From Bugula neritina (Eukaryota > Animalia > Bryozoa): 30,315 bases of DNA. The stretch is from assembly GCA_964035545.1 (NCBI GenBank), contig CAXIUT010000167.1, positions 31,711 through 62,025 of the forward strand, in the 5' to 3' direction. Below, in pieces: positions 1 to 13,994 of this stretch (within the stretch, counting starts at the first letter, position 1; each line of letters begins with the position of its first letter). Both the position numbers and the translations under genes were made by a program. The notes under the pieces are model-generated. The model ran no database searches. It saw only the letters and a program-made list of their open reading frames with translations, and was not told where the DNA came from.

Positions 1-81
1 CCCAACCCCAACCCCAACCCCAACCCCAACCCCAACCCCAACCCCAACCCCAACCCCAACCCCAACCCCAACCCCAACCCC
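1..81 (+). repeat. Left telomere (CCCCAA)n
   Basis: Perfect C4A2 array from base 1 in the orientation expected for a 5' chromosome end; Tetrahymena-type repeat. Confidence 0.97.
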
Positions 82-175
82 TAAGATATTATTATCAAAT
101 ATAAATCAATCACTAAATATCTGATTAATTTATTAACTAATATAGTTGAAACAGTTGTAATAATATCTCCTATCA

Positions 176-1414
176 ATGAACATTCAATCATTTATTTTGC
201 TTTGTCTTCTTCTGGTTTGTATCTCTTCTGCAGGTAACTTTACTAAAGTTATCCATAATACTGATCCTGAAGCTAAGTGTCTTGATGGTAGTGGAGCTAT
301 GGTTTATTTACATGAAGGAGGAAATACAAAAAATATTCTTTTCCACATGATTGGAGGAGGTGCTTGCTTTGGAACTGATCTTCAATCTACTCTATAATCT
401 TGCTATAAAAGAAGTAAAGGAGATTTCGGGTCATCTAATAAATGGCCTGATACATATCCTGGAGAAGATGCTGGAGTCCTATCAACTAATTAAAATAAAA
501 GTGCTTTTGCTTCTTGGACTAAAATAGTGATTATATATTGTGATGGAGTTTTTCATCAGGGAAATAACTTGAATGCTGTCCAATACAAAGATACTAAATT
601 ATATTTTAGAGGATCAGTCAATACTCGATCTCATTTTAAATGGGCTGATATGAAGTATAATCTTAAAGAGGCAGAGAAGATTGTATTGACTGGATCATCA
701 GCAGGAGGAATGGCAGTTAACATGTGGCATCAATACTTGAAAGATATGGTTCCTAATCCTGAAAGAGTTTACTCTGTTTCTGATTCGAGTATCTTCTATG
801 ATCCTCTCATAGCTGAATTACCTGAAGAGAAGGCAATATAAATTTTATTGAGGAAAGGTTCTTTTAATTATTTAAGTGAAGAGAATGATGATCCTAATCC
901 AATGCAGATTTTGATGCAGCTTTCAAATACTGATGAAAAGCCACCAAATAAGGAATGTTCTGACTTGTTATCTGCATAATAGCAATGGAAATGCATTTTT
1001 ATTGAATTTTCATATGCAACTTTGAAATCTCCTATCCTCTTTATCGAATCAAATTACGACTAATTTGTTCTAAAATATGTCCTTAAACTGAATTGTGTTA
1101 AACCTGGAACTTCTGGATAAACTATCAAAGATTGCGGCGATGTTCAAGTGAATGCTATTGAGTTATATAGAGACTTCTATATGGAAAGATTTTTACCAAA
1201 ATTACTCAAATATGGACATAGTATTTGGAGTATTTCTTGTGTATGGCATGCCAGAATGTTCGAATCAAGCATCTACAATTCAAATCTTCAAAAGATTCCT
1301 CAAAATACAGGATTAACCATTAGAGATGCAACTGAAGCATTTGTTCTAGGAAACAAAAGAATCGAATCAGTAGATATTTTGCCTTGGCCATCGAATGCTC
1401 CTTGTGCTTATTGA
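176..1414 (+). CDS. Secreted pectinacetylesterase/Notum-family alpha/beta hydrolase, 412 aa
   Basis: Three track ORFs (176, 527, 1148) are one frame when TAA/TAG are read through. Signal peptide, AKCLDGS, GGGAC, YCDG and GSSAGG nucleophile motif; ends at TGA. Confidence 0.9.
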
Positions 1415-1448
1415 TTAGATCATTAAATGCATAAACAAACATATATAA

Positions 1449-3628
1449 TCAATGTTGAGGATTTTTGATAGAAGATGGATTGAGGCAGAGAGTTTTTTAT
1501 ATTTTTTATATTTAGTTGACTATTACTTTGAAAGTAGGTCGTAATTCTGGATCACGCTCAGTGCAGCGGTAAAAAATATTAGTCATTGCTTTGTTAGGAT
1601 AATCAGGATTGCCTATATGATGCTTTTAATCGTTTCCAACCATTCCGATGATCTGGGCAGTTGAGAAATCTTTGTATGGGATTCGACTGGTCATCATTTA
1701 CCACATAAGAATGCCAAAACTATATACATCTGATGGGCATTCGTATTTACCACCTCTAAGGATTTCAGGAGCCATCCAATGAGGAGTACCTACTCTGATA
1801 TTTTTACTCTTTTTTTTACTTTTGGTTGTAACTATCCTCGAAAGTCCAAAATCACAGAGTTTAATATTTTAATTTTAGTCGATTAGGAGATTGGAACTTT
1901 TGAGATCACAATGTAGGACATTTTTTTAATGAAGATAAGCCATACCAAGTGATACATCTTTACAGAAACTCACTAGAAGTTCTTCAGAAAGCATTTCTTT
2001 CTTTTTATGTAGATAATCAAAAAGACTGCCTCCACAGAGAAACTCAGTAATGAGGGCATATTAATTTTAGTAGATACACATTCCCATATAAAGGACGATA
2101 CAAGGATGATGTAATTTACTGATGACTTGAACTTACTCTATGAAATGAGCAATGTGTTTGTTACGAAAACCTCTTTTTTTAAGATACTTTTTGACAGCTA
2201 CTTCTTGTCCAAAGAGTTTTCCAAGAAATACTTGTCCATATCCTCCTTTACCTATGGGTTTTATGACTTAAAGTTGTTATTTTTTGATTAAAAAGGTAAG
2301 TTTGATTCCTTTCTTTTGAAGGTATTATGATACCTTAGCTTAATAAAAAATATTTTACATTGAATGCTGTTTTTATCTGTTTTTTTCTATTGATTAATTT
2401 TTCTTTATTCTTTATTCTAAGATCTTAGTTTGCTTTCTTTGCTTGTCTTTCTTTATATCTTTTAGGGTTTTTAATTCCCTGGAGAACTCAGAGAAGAAGA
2501 TGAACTTGATGACATTATCTTTTTACTATCATATAAAGATTGCTGTCTAGCTTCTTATATTTATCTCACGAGATCAATTGTTAATTATCTTTGAGAGTAC
2601 TGAACAAAAGGCTAACTCATGCATTGACTTTTGAATATCAATCGAATAAATTCTATTTATCTTAAAAGAATTCTTCTATCACCCAGAGCACTTACTCTTA
2701 ATTATTTTAGATCTTAATTGTAGAGTACTAAAAGTGAATCTCCTTAAATATTGTTATCTTTAAAATCTTAAATACAGTCTCCAAAACCGATTTGATTCAG
2801 CCAGTTCGCTACTTATGTTGATCCCCATTAGTTAACTAAGTTAAACACAAAAATACTTCTTTTTTAAAGGAGAGATGGGTCAATATAATTTTATGCTTTG
2901 AATGTTTGAGCACTATTATTTAAATCTTCTTTTTTTCTTGATAAGTTCTTTTATTATTGTTCATTAGACATGTATGTGACATATCCTTTTTTATTTTACG
3001 AGCTATACTCGTCAGAATCTTAAATATTTTCTGAGACGATGATTCTATCTTTCTTTTATTTTTTATTTTATTTTTTTGATTATTTTTTTTATAAATCTGA
3101 TATTGGAGTTATCATGTCTTCTTCGTAAGGTTCTTCTTCACTATTTTTTTCATGTTAAATCGATAAAGGTTTTTACTATTGTTTGATTATCTTTCCCTTA
3201 TCGTATAGAAAAGTTATTTTTTTGTTATTTACTTTATCATAATAGATTCCTTCTTTATCTTTATTATTCATATAAAATGAGCCTTAATAGTAGTTACTAT
3301 TAGTTTATTATATTCTTCCTTGTCCGTGTTTGAGATTATTCATAAAGTCTCCATTGTAAATATCTTGATTTTTGTAAAAGTATTGACCTTTACCATGTTT
3401 TTTATTTTGAAACCAATCTCCAATGTATAACTATCCTTTCATATAGTAGTATTTTCCTTTTCCTTGTTTCATTCCTTGAAAGAAATCACCTTCATACCTT
3501 TCAGAATTAGTGTATTTAAGTTTTCCTCTTCCATGAGGACGTCCTCCGTAGACTTAACCTTCGTAAAGTGCTCCGTTTGGAAGCTTTAAATTTTGAACTA
3601 TCGCTATTTTATGAGAATTCTAGTTCAT
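1449..3628 (-). CDS. MORN-repeat protein with C-terminal TKL-like protein kinase domain
   Basis: N-terminal repeats of YEGxxxxGxxHGxG type; kinase motifs IGKGGYGQV, VAVK, LHCDLKSSN, CDFG, GTPHWMAPE, SDVYSFG. Exon structure of the linker not fully resolved. Confidence 0.85.
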
Positions 3629-3749
3629 TTGATTATAATCGATAAACTATCATTTAAAAGACAGTGTTGAATTAATTTAAAATATTGAAACAATAGCATA
3701 CAGATTCAAAATAAATATATTTAAAGTAAAATGGCATTATATCTGAGAA

Positions 3750-6044
3750 TCATCCGAAAAAGATCCGATGGGCTTCAAGTTTAGCAATATGGACATGATC
3801 TGATTAACTCCCTAGAAACTCTTTTGCAGTCAAGTTTGATGGATAAACTGCATTTTAACAGTTAACATTCGCACTTGCAGATAAGGGTTCTTCACAATTA
3901 ATAACTAGTTCTCGATTTCCCCAGATAAGGGAGTTGCTATCAAAATGAATTATTTCTCCTTTTCCTTCATTGGCGATAAAAGCTTCAGTAGATAGACTGA
4001 AAATTAGAGCTTTACTCACAATAGAACTATGAGTGAATTTATTATCTTTTGAGAAAGCATTTTGAGAGAAAGCTCCAATGACTCCTTTATTAGATAGTTC
4101 AGCAACAATGATAATATTGGGAGTACTAACAATGTATTCAGAAATGGGTTTATTAATTTTTTGAGCTGAAGAATACATAAGTCTGGTCTTTTTGGCTGTT
4201 ATTTTCTTAAGAGCACAAATTTCATGCATGATGATATTTCTTTGACCTTCATCAAGAATGTTTGTTTAGCCTAGATAAACTTCTACCCCACGAGATCCAC
4301 TTCCTGGGATAGTTGAGACGGCTACTGGTTTATCAGTTGGAGTTTTATATCTTTTATCTGCAAAAATAGTAGAGGAAAGTTGAGGGACTACTGGATTGAG
4401 ATGACTGGTTAGAGCTCCTAGACCTGATTTATATCCGCTTCTTAGATCTGAATGAGGTGAAATGTTAGTTTTTCTATACTAGGTAGTTCCTATATTGGCA
4501 AAAGTGGGTGAGAGTTATCTTCCTTCTTTTGGTGAGTAATTACTGTTTGATGATATTTTAGGTGCTTACGATGATGTTCTTTTGCTTTATAAAAACTCTA
4601 CTTTTCTTTTGAGAGTGATATATTCGGGATGCTTTTAAATGTCTTACAATTTGATAATGTGATCTTCTTTTTGATCAACAGCAGAGGATAGTTTTTTTCT
4701 GAGTTATGCTTCTGTATCTCTGGCTGTATTGAGTTGTTATTGACAAAATTTAAGTTCTTCTATAGTTTAGTTATATTTTCTACTTTCTTATTCTTTTAGA
4801 TTTTTTTCTAATAGATATTTTTTTTATAAATTGCTTAATTAATTATTTTGTTCATCTACTTATCTTTTTTGATGTTATACTTCTATTTTATCATGTTTAT
4901 GGGCAAATTTGAACTATTATAGTTCTTGTTAGAGTTTAAATATTTTTAATTTTTATGAAGAAAGTTCTTCATTAATAGAATTCTTTTGTTTTGATAAAGA
5001 ATTTATTTGAGCTTCATATTTAGTTTTATTTTCAAGTTAATCTATTTATTTCTTTTATAATTTAGCTCCTAATTGTAAAATATCATTATTTAAATGTTAT
5101 TCTTCATATTTTAGTTGATCAATAGTTGATTTAAGTGAAATATTTTCTTCTCTTTCTTTATCTAATAGTTGTTTTTGCTATGATAATTATATTTACATAG
5201 CCATTATATCTCCTGTATTATCAGTTTATGAAATTTGTTTTTATGAATCAATCATGACTTGAGATGAAGTCATTTTTGATAATTTTTATTAATATTCAGT
5301 TATAATTTGCTTTTTTGACTTCTAAAATACTCTTGTTAATTGTTTTTATTGTTATTTCAATTTTTTATTCATTTTATCCTTTAAATTCTTTAAATTTTAA
5401 AGTTATTTTGGAAGATTTGAAGTTATTGTCATTTCTTACTTATCACTGAGAATATTTTCAATTGTTTAATTTAATTTCTAGATCAAATTGTTTTTCTATT
5501 GTTTTTATTTTTCTATGTTTTATCCAAGTTTAGTAATATGATCTTAATAAGATTTCTTTTCTCTTATCTCCAATTATGGTAAATAATTTGTTTTTTACAC
5601 TTTTTATATTTTGACTTCTTTATCATTACTTTATACTTTAACATCAATATCTTTTCTAACTTCTGGCTCAATATTTTTATTAACTTTAGACTCTATTTTT
5701 ATAGACTCAGAACTAACCGACTTTTCTTATTATTTCACCAGCGGCAAGCTGCTCTACTTATTCTTATTTTCAAGATTCTATTAATGTTGAAGAGGTTCTT
5801 ATTTCGTCATTTTTGAGCTATTTTTGCTGGTGCTTTAGTTTTTTTCTTTAGAACTAATGGTCTTATGGATATTATTTTTAGGTTTATTGGAAGAATGAGA
5901 AACAGATTTGCTTATTCCTTTCTAGATTTTTGTGGATTTTTTGAAGAAATCAAGAGTGAAGAGAGTTTAAAGGAATCCAAAAGCCAACCAGATGACTCTA
6001 AAGATAAGTAATCCAACTGCAACTAAGAGTAAAAAGTCAATCAT
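3750..6044 (-). CDS. Long coiled-coil protein with N-terminal hydrophobic anchor and divergent C-terminal TLDc-like domain
   Basis: Starts MIDFLLLVAVGLLIFRVIWLAFG; E/K-rich middle; C-terminus RLMYSS...IIIVAELSNKGVIGAFS...ALIFSL...IWGNRELVIN...LEAHRI resembles TLDc; span is divisible by 3. Confidence 0.65.
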
Positions 6045-6076
6045 AGGGTGCTATATATATCTTATTTATATCATAA

Positions 6077-7404
6077 TCAAACTCCATTTATTTTTATTTT
6101 CATTTCCATCAATCGGACATGCAAATCGTCACTTGCACATTATCTTTATAATTGTGTTAATAGTTTTGATGCCTATGCTTTATTTCCTTGTTTTTGATAG
6201 CAAACAAGTAAATTGAATTTGGAATCAGTATATTCTGAATATGCCTTTAATGCTTCTTGAAAGGCCTTCTATGCATTAATATAGTCTTTTAACTCGATCA
6301 GACATACTCCAAGAAGGTTGAAAAGAGTTGGATCTTTATTTAATTTGATGGCACTTTGAATGTGGATTTTAGCGGGAAGATATCTCACTTAAAGAGGAAT
6401 TACTTTTACTTTTTGATGAAGAGAAGTGCCAAATTAGTATGAAAATTCCATCTAAAAGGATCTAAAAATAGAGCTCTTTTAAAACAGCAATAAGCTACAA
6501 GTAATTTTTTCTTTTAAAACATAGCGATTCCGATATTATTCCAAAGTACTGCTGAATTTGCTGAAGATTTGTATGCTTTTTTGAACGACTCAAGAGCTTC
6601 ATCTAATTGACCTCTATCTAATTAGATTGCTCCTATTCCAATAAGTGATACATATCTTCTTGCGTCAACTTATAAAGCTGATTTATAGGCTTGGAATGAG
6701 TCTTAGTTTTTGCCTCTTTTTGAGAAACAAAGACCCATCATTTCATAGGCTTCTGGATTTTAAGGAGCTATACTTTATATTTATCAAAATACTCTGTACA
6801 TAAGTTGAGAAGATCTATCGCTTGTATATATTCATTGTTTTCCATGTATATTTTAGCCTGCTCAATCAAGCTTTATTCATTCGGTTATTTTGACATTGAA
6901 GTTTTGAAGTAGGCAATGGCTCCCTGTTTATCTCCTAGAGCTAGTGAAATTTTTCCAAGAATATAGAATATTTAGTAATCACTGGAGTTATTTCTGTGTG
7001 CTTATTTTGCTACTTCTAGACTGGATTTATATTTTCCGAGAAGAAAGCTATATATAATCGTCCATACTAATTTTTAGAGATGCTTTTGAGGTAGGAATAG
7101 TTGAGTTTATTCATGATATGACACTGATTGAGTAATTCTAGAGATTTATCTAATTTATAAGTGTTTTTTTAGATTAGAGATCTGATGTAGAGAGTAAATT
7201 AATCACTTGATCCACTGCGATTTATTAGTTGAAGACATTATCCATATCGCTATTTAAAATTTGTGATACTTTTTGTAGAAATGTAGTGTATATATTTTGG
7301 TTGAGAAATCGTGTGTTTACTAGTTTAGACATGCTTTTTGGTTGTTTTGTCTTTGGAATATTGGAAACAAGAAGATCTTCATCATCTTATGGAATATTTT
7401 ACAT
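6077..7404 (-). CDS. BBS4: BBSome TPR subunit BBS4-like
   Basis: LWNNIGIAMF...CFKRALFLDPFRWNFHTNLAL, YFLLGKY and APENPE resemble BBS4. Removing four 20-nt introns (7250-7269, 7048-7067, one near 6770-6790, 6384-6403) gives 416 codons. Confidence 0.8.
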
Positions 7405-7553
7405 TGATTTTTATCAAATTGATATTCAGAATAATATCAAAATATCAAAACAAACTTTTAGCTTTTATTTACTTCAATTTATTTTATTTTATCTTAATAT
7501 AATTAAGACTAATAAATTCTGGAATATGAATAAATATAATTGAATAAATTTAA

Positions 7554-8018
7554 ATGACTCTGGAGCCTTCAAATATCATCTTGGCAAATATCTATCTCAT
7601 AATGATATTGCAGCTAGCATTAAACTGGAAAGAAACTAAATGTAATACTGATTCAGAACTTTACCAATTGGGTTTTATCATCTTTATGACTCTCAGATTA
7701 TTTTTGCACTAGCCATTCAATAACTAGAAATGTGGCAAGAAAATTTATTATCTTTTCTTGTTCATAATCGATTCGATTTTGATTGCATTGGGTTCTTGGC
7801 AAATGAATAATGTTTCTGCTCATTCTGATGATTTTCATTACAATCCTGAAACTAAATAAGGAAATGAGGTTTGCTATCAAAATAGGATTGTTTTTGTTGG
7901 AGAATTCATCATTATTGGTTTGACTTTAATCAAGGATATCTATTTTGCATTTTGTGCTAAAGAAGAGGAAAAACCACTTATTCAACCTGAAAGCCAAAAA
8001 AGTATTATGAAAAAATGA
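7554..8018 (+). CDS. Small multi-pass membrane protein, 154 aa, unknown function
   Basis: Clean ATG-to-TGA frame under UAR=Glu with about four hydrophobic segments. Confidence 0.7.
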
Positions 8019-8023
8019 TTCAT

Positions 8024-9100
8024 TCATCTACAAATCGTATTTTTACTTTGCTAATCTATTAATCCTATATTATTTATGATTTATTTGAGTGATAATTAGT
8101 TTTTATTATTGTTATTAATATGTAAAAATCAAAACTTATTTCCATAGCTATTTAATACATCCGTAATGACATATTTTAGATATTATTATTAATCTTTTGA
8201 TGTAGATATCTTATCTTTCCTATTTTTGTTTATTTTTAATTATAAATTTTAACGTAAATAATGTGATAGTCTATTTTTCATATTTCTTAGAATAGATTTG
8301 ATATGATTGCTTTATGAATTTTATTATTATAAATCTTATACACTTATTTTGCCTTCATTTTGGTTCCTTAATTGATTTAAAAGAGATTTTATCTCCTTTT
8401 ATTCTGAAGATGGTGGGTCTACTTATGGATTGTATTTGAATATTTTTAGATTTAGCATTTTAGGGTAGTCTATTTCAGTTAGACTCTAAATATCTCGCAT
8501 AAGATCGATAAAATGTTTTTTAATATCTATAATTAGACTATTAAAGAGGTTATTTTGTTTTATTTTAATGGGATTAAGATTGAAATTCCAACTTTTTCTG
8601 ATATCTTCTAGACTCATTTATGATTTTTCCATTGTGATTTTTTAATTAATGATATTGGCTATTTATATTTTAAGTTGTGTGATTTCTTCAACATAGCTAT
8701 ATGAATAGATAAATACTGATTGCATAATAACATTTTATTTATAATTTTTAAGTTGATTTTTATCTTATTTTTTTAGTAGAATGTGATAATTCTTTTGATT
8801 TTGATTTTAATATTGATTAAACTTATGATAGTTATTGGTCTTTATACTGGTTGCGTTGGCACTCTTTCTTTTTATATCGATTTGTTGATTCTTATGATGC
8901 TTTAAATAAACCTTTTAAATATACTGAACTTGATTTCTTTGATTATGAGAATTTAGATATTATTTTGATTTTTGATAGAATTTGATGCTGACTTGGAATT
9001 GATTTTTTCCTTTGTTCAATAGGCTAGGGATTCTGAGAGATAGTTTTGTACTTTTAGGAGGGGAGTCTAAGGCTCGTTTTAGAATTTTACTTGATTTCAT
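8024..9100 (-). CDS. Hypothetical K/N/Q-rich protein
   Basis: Long TGA-free frame from ATG 9100 (MKSSKILKRALDSPPKS...); introns and 3' end uncertain. Confidence 0.45.
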
Positions 9101-9255
9101 ATGATTTTATTATTAAGTTTTTAGAAATAATAATATTACAAATATAAATCCTAAAATTGATTATCCTAAAGATAAGTCCTTTTAGATTTAATGGGCAATT
9201 TCATGATTGAGAATTTAATTAATAAAATAAATAATATATCAATCAAAACTTTAAA

Positions 9256-10469
9256 ATGAAGTGCCGAAGGGAGTTATCTAAATCTTAAAGATAGTATAGA
9301 AAACTAAATGGGCTATTAACTTAGATTGGAGATGAATCTAATAAAATCCCACTTGATTTGATTATTTTATAATAATGGCAATTTATTTTAATTTAGAATC
9401 TTTGTGATTAACTGGCAAATGGAGAAGCAACCATGGACACCCCAATGAAGATCAGATACTTAAAAATTTGTATGAAAAGTTAAAATCAATAAATGGTCTC
9501 TAATTGCTAAAAAAATGCAAGAAGATTATAAGGTCACTGTGAGGACGGGTAAACAATGTCGCTAAAGGTACATGTCTTATCATTATAGATATAATAATCA
9601 CTTAAACTCTTTTTTTAATCGATAAGGATGGACATAGGAATAGCAAAATAAACTTTTTTGAGTTGCAATGATTAGGTTGGAAACAAATGGCTTTGATTGC
9701 TAGTAGATTAGGAGGAAGGTATGATTTTTAAACCATTTAGGACTGACAATAGAGTCAAAAACTACTTCTTTGCTAGATTGAGAAAATCTTGAGAAAAATC
9801 AATAAAATCATAAAGGAAAGATTTAAAAAATAAATAAAAGAATTAAAATCAAATGTTTTATACAAAATAATCGAGGCAAACGAGTAGAAATTTAAAAAGA
9901 AACCTAACTGTTCGGTTTAAATTTCATAATTTTCATGTTGTAAGATAATTTTAATTTAAGAGTTAAAGAATCGTATTATGTCTTACGGAAAAGAAGATAT
10001 GAAAATAGAAGAAACATAATTTAAAGATTTAATTAAATCAATAATAGAGTTTACTAAACAATATAAAAGGAAAACCAAAACCTTTAGAAGAATTCCATCT
10101 AAGAACTAGGGACAAAATAATCAGATTTCATCAGATTTATCTCCTAATGCTTAATAAAATTCTATTTCTTCAGAGGAGAATGATAGTGAAGACTAAATAG
10201 TGAGAATATAAAATGATTTTAATCCGATTATAGAAGAGTTAAAAGAGAAAGAGAAATAATCTAAAAAATATCTTCGTTCTAGTACTTTGAAGGTGATTCT
10301 TTCTTAAATTGAATAAAAACCTCAAAATTAGATGCATAGTCAATTGAAATGTTTAATGATTGAAGAGGATTCTCATGTGGAGATGCCTTTTCCTTCATTT
10401 TTGAATAAAAAGTATTCTTAGTCTGAGAAAGGAGTTTCGAGATCTTAAATGACTAATAGTTTTGTATGA
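9256..10469 (+). CDS. R2R3-type Myb transcription factor
   Basis: PWTPNEDQIL, RTGKQCRERYNNHL, WTEEEQNKLF, GNKW, GRTDNRVKNYF; introns 9568-9588 and 9719-9740; several 1-nt homopolymer frameshifts; start uncertain. Confidence 0.85.
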
Positions 10470-10553
10470 ATTATTTAATATAGTTGAAGAGAGTGGTAAT
10501 AATATGGGAGGTACTTTTCCTGTTTTAATGTTTAAAAAATAATCAATTGATGA

Positions 10554-11438
10554 TCAGTTGTTTGGTCCATAAAGTGATAGTTTACAATTACTTCTATTTT
10601 ATCATTAATGTCATAAATATCACAGTTATCTTATGAGTTAATCAATACTTTTTCTTTGATAATCGAGTTCTTAGCTAATTTATTTGATCGAGTTGACAGT
10701 TTCATCAATGAATATGGTTGAATGGATCCAAGTTAAAATTATCTTTCCATAATAGTTAATTAGGCTTCTTGATTTTTCAATTTGAATTTTAGTGTATTGA
10801 TTTGATTTAATTTATGATAGATGGGTTCTATTTGATGGTTTGATATATTTTATTTTTTTGTTTTGGATATTATCTTTTAATATATTTATTTTTGATGTTT
10901 TAGTTATTGTAGTATGATTTTGTGATTATTAGTTTATAGATTAGGTTATTTGATGAGATGTAGTACTTTTTAAGTCATTTATTTAGATATTTTTCTTTAA
11001 AATAATCTTTATTATTTTTATTTTAGTTTATTATTCAATCTATCTGATTTTAGCATTATGATATTTTTATGTTAAATTGATAATAACTGATATTATATTA
11101 TCAAATAGTATAGACAGCTATTTTTAATTTATTTCCTTATTGATTGATTCAAGAGGATGTAAGATCTTAGATATTCCTTTCCCATATTTATTTGATATTT
11201 TTGTACTCTAATATTATAACCTTTCTTTAAAGTTTTAGCAAATAGTTACTATTTTATTATTTTTATTAACATCTTGATTTTGCAATTGATCATGACATAT
11301 TGATAGTTGTTAAAGCAATTTGATATTTTATTGATTAAGAAGGTTATTTCTTTTTTTTAGGAGTTAATTTTAATATTTGAGGTGATCGATGGATGTTTGT
11401 TGCAGATGGGATGCTTTGTGGGTTGGTATTTAGAACAT
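10554..11438 (-). CDS. Hypothetical protein
   Basis: Long TGA-free frame from ATG 11438 (MFEIPTHKASHLQQ...); no motif recognised; 3' end uncertain. Confidence 0.4.
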
Positions 11439-11496
11439 AACGTATTATTATTCAATTAAAAACTGATGTAAATATTTAGATAATTATCTATTTTGA

Positions 11497-13942
11497 ATGT
11501 TCGGAGATATTAGAACTCGAAGACCTCCTAAAAATTTTAATCTCCTCTATCTCTAAAGTAACTAGTATCATCTTCTATCTGTTAAAGTCAACTTTTTAGT
11601 CGATGCTGCTTCTGAAGAGTATAATTATATTTGATTCAGAATCGAAGGAAAGTTACATCTTTGTTCGAGATCTATTATATTTTAACCTAAAAATATCGCT
11701 AAACCTTTGTTAAGGATGAAATTTAGTTGTGGATTGTTTTTGAGAATGATGAAAAATATATAAACTAAGAAGTTGCAGCGATTGGTATCTCTTAAAAAAA
11801 CATAAACTTAGTTCAAAGTATATTCTATTTTATATTTAGAATTTGATGGCTAAAGGACCTTCTTTCATTACTGTATTTATCATTTTATGAAGGAAATGTT
11901 GGAACAAGAATAAGGTAAAAAGGTTCGTGGAAAGAGTCCTCATTTATCTTCTAGATTATTTGAGCCTGTGAAGTGTAAGAAGGTGGATTCATAATAAAAG
12001 ATAAGCAGTTGTATATTTATCAGAGTTCCTAAAATATTTTTTATTTATAGGAAGCCAATAAGTCCATATATAACATAAAAATCATAAGAAAATTATGTAT
12101 TTAATATAAATAAAAGCAATTCCAAACAAAAAATACTAAGATTTTTAAAAATTATACGACTAGTTATGTAAATGTCTGGATGAAGATGTAACTTAATTTA
12201 TATTTTAGAAATTGATTAAGAGTATAATATCAGCTATTCAGTAGTAGTCAGCTGAATAGATCCTTTAAACTTATCAAGAGTAGAAATTATAGGCTTCTAA
12301 TATCGTTAAGACTAAGAGAATCAATATCTAGGGTCCTCAATTTGGACATATTGTGTTATTGAAAAATAGAGTTAAATATTATAGTCTTATTAATAGTCCA
12401 GATTACGAATAAATATAGTTTACTTATCGATAAATCAAAATGATCACTCGATATCGATATCTATTCCAAAACATAGGCATATAAATATGGCTATATAACA
12501 GTCCATACTCGTATTTGTTTATATTTAATGACCAGACTGCAAGGTAGATGGTGTATCGTCATTTGAAGTAGAAGGGGTAGAAGGCAATTAAAATATAGTT
12601 ATCGTAGATGACTAATAATTGGATTAACGGGTAAATATCTAATGTACATTATTTGAATATTGTCAACATGTTTGCTGGCCGGTCTTACAATGATCTGAGT
12701 CAATATCCTGTTTTTCCTTGGGTAATTCATAATTATGATTGTGATTTTGATCTGAAAAATCAAGAAATGTATAGAGATTTGACTAAACCTATAGGAGCTG
12801 TTAATAAACATCGGTTGAGGAAGTTAAAAGATTTTCATTAGTTGCAAATTAAAGATAAAACTTTGAATACTCCTGCTCATTTGTATCCTACGCACTACTC
12901 TACACCAGGTTATGTTTGTTATTATCTTATAAGAAAAATACCTTAGTTTATAGTGAGAATACAAAATGGAGTATTTAGTCCATCTGATAGGATATTTAGA
13001 AGTCTATAAAGTACATATTTTAGTACAATGAATTCTATTGCTGATTTCAAAGAGTTGATTCCTTAATTTTACTCTAATGATTGTGATTTCTTGGTTAATT
13101 CATAAAAGTTATAAATGGGATCTACTCCAGAAGGATAAGCTATTGATGATGTCATTCTACCTAGATGGGCTAATTCTCCTGAAGATTTTTTGTTGAAAAT
13201 GAGAGCAACATTCTAATCTGACTATGTGTCTGCTCATATTAATGAGTGGGTCGATTTGATATTCGGTTTTAAACAAAGTGGAACATCATCTATTACTTAC
13301 GATAATTTATTTTATCATTTAACTTATCAGGAAAATGTTAACTTTGATAAACCTATGTCTAGAGTTTAAAGAAATGCCTTGGAAGTGCAAATATCAGAAT
13401 TTGGACAAACTCCTTTGCAGCTATTCTAAGATAAACATCCTATTAGAAAGGCTAGGCTGTTGAGTTTGGATTTAGGAGGAGGAATTTAAGATAAAAAAGT
13501 TTTAAATGCCAAATTAATGGCTTTAAACTAATAAAACTAAAGACTAAGTGAAGAAATGGAAAGACAAAGATATAGATTTAGTAAAAAACTCAATTAAAAG
13601 TAAGAAATGCTGATGAAGAATCATAAAGACAAGAAAAGATAGTTATAGAAGATGAAATAAATGCTTAATATAGATACAGAATCATTGAAAAAGTTCTAAT
13701 ATAGGTATTTTTTGTAATTATTTAGACAAAAGTTTAAAGGAGAAGAGGACAAGGATGTATATATCAGGCAGATAGAACAACTGCTGAAGGGTCGATAGAA
13801 ATAAAATGCAGAGATGAACGTGATTATTGCTGGTTTGAAGAGACAACTAGTTGATGGATAAGATAGTATTAATAGCAGTATTGAGGCTAATGCTCGACTA
13901 TAAGAAGACTTTTTCTAGGACTAGAGTATGAAAATTATCTGA
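11497..13942 (+). CDS. FAN/NSMAF-like BEACH-domain protein with coiled-coil C-terminus
   Basis: N-terminal FNLLYLE..EY and [14 protein letters not shown]; BEACH motifs [74 protein letters not shown]; several tiny introns. Confidence 0.9.
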
Positions 13943-13994
13943 TTATTGACATAAATATGTTATATTAAATCAAAATTAATAAATATCCATGCAC

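Noticed and set aside
9470-9800. Programmed ribosomal frameshifting or pseudogenisation in the Myb gene (also near 21436 and 27300)
   Set aside because: The shifts that could be localised are single-base gains or losses in short homopolymers with no shared slippery motif, and similar errors occur in the telomeric tracts; sequencing error is simpler.
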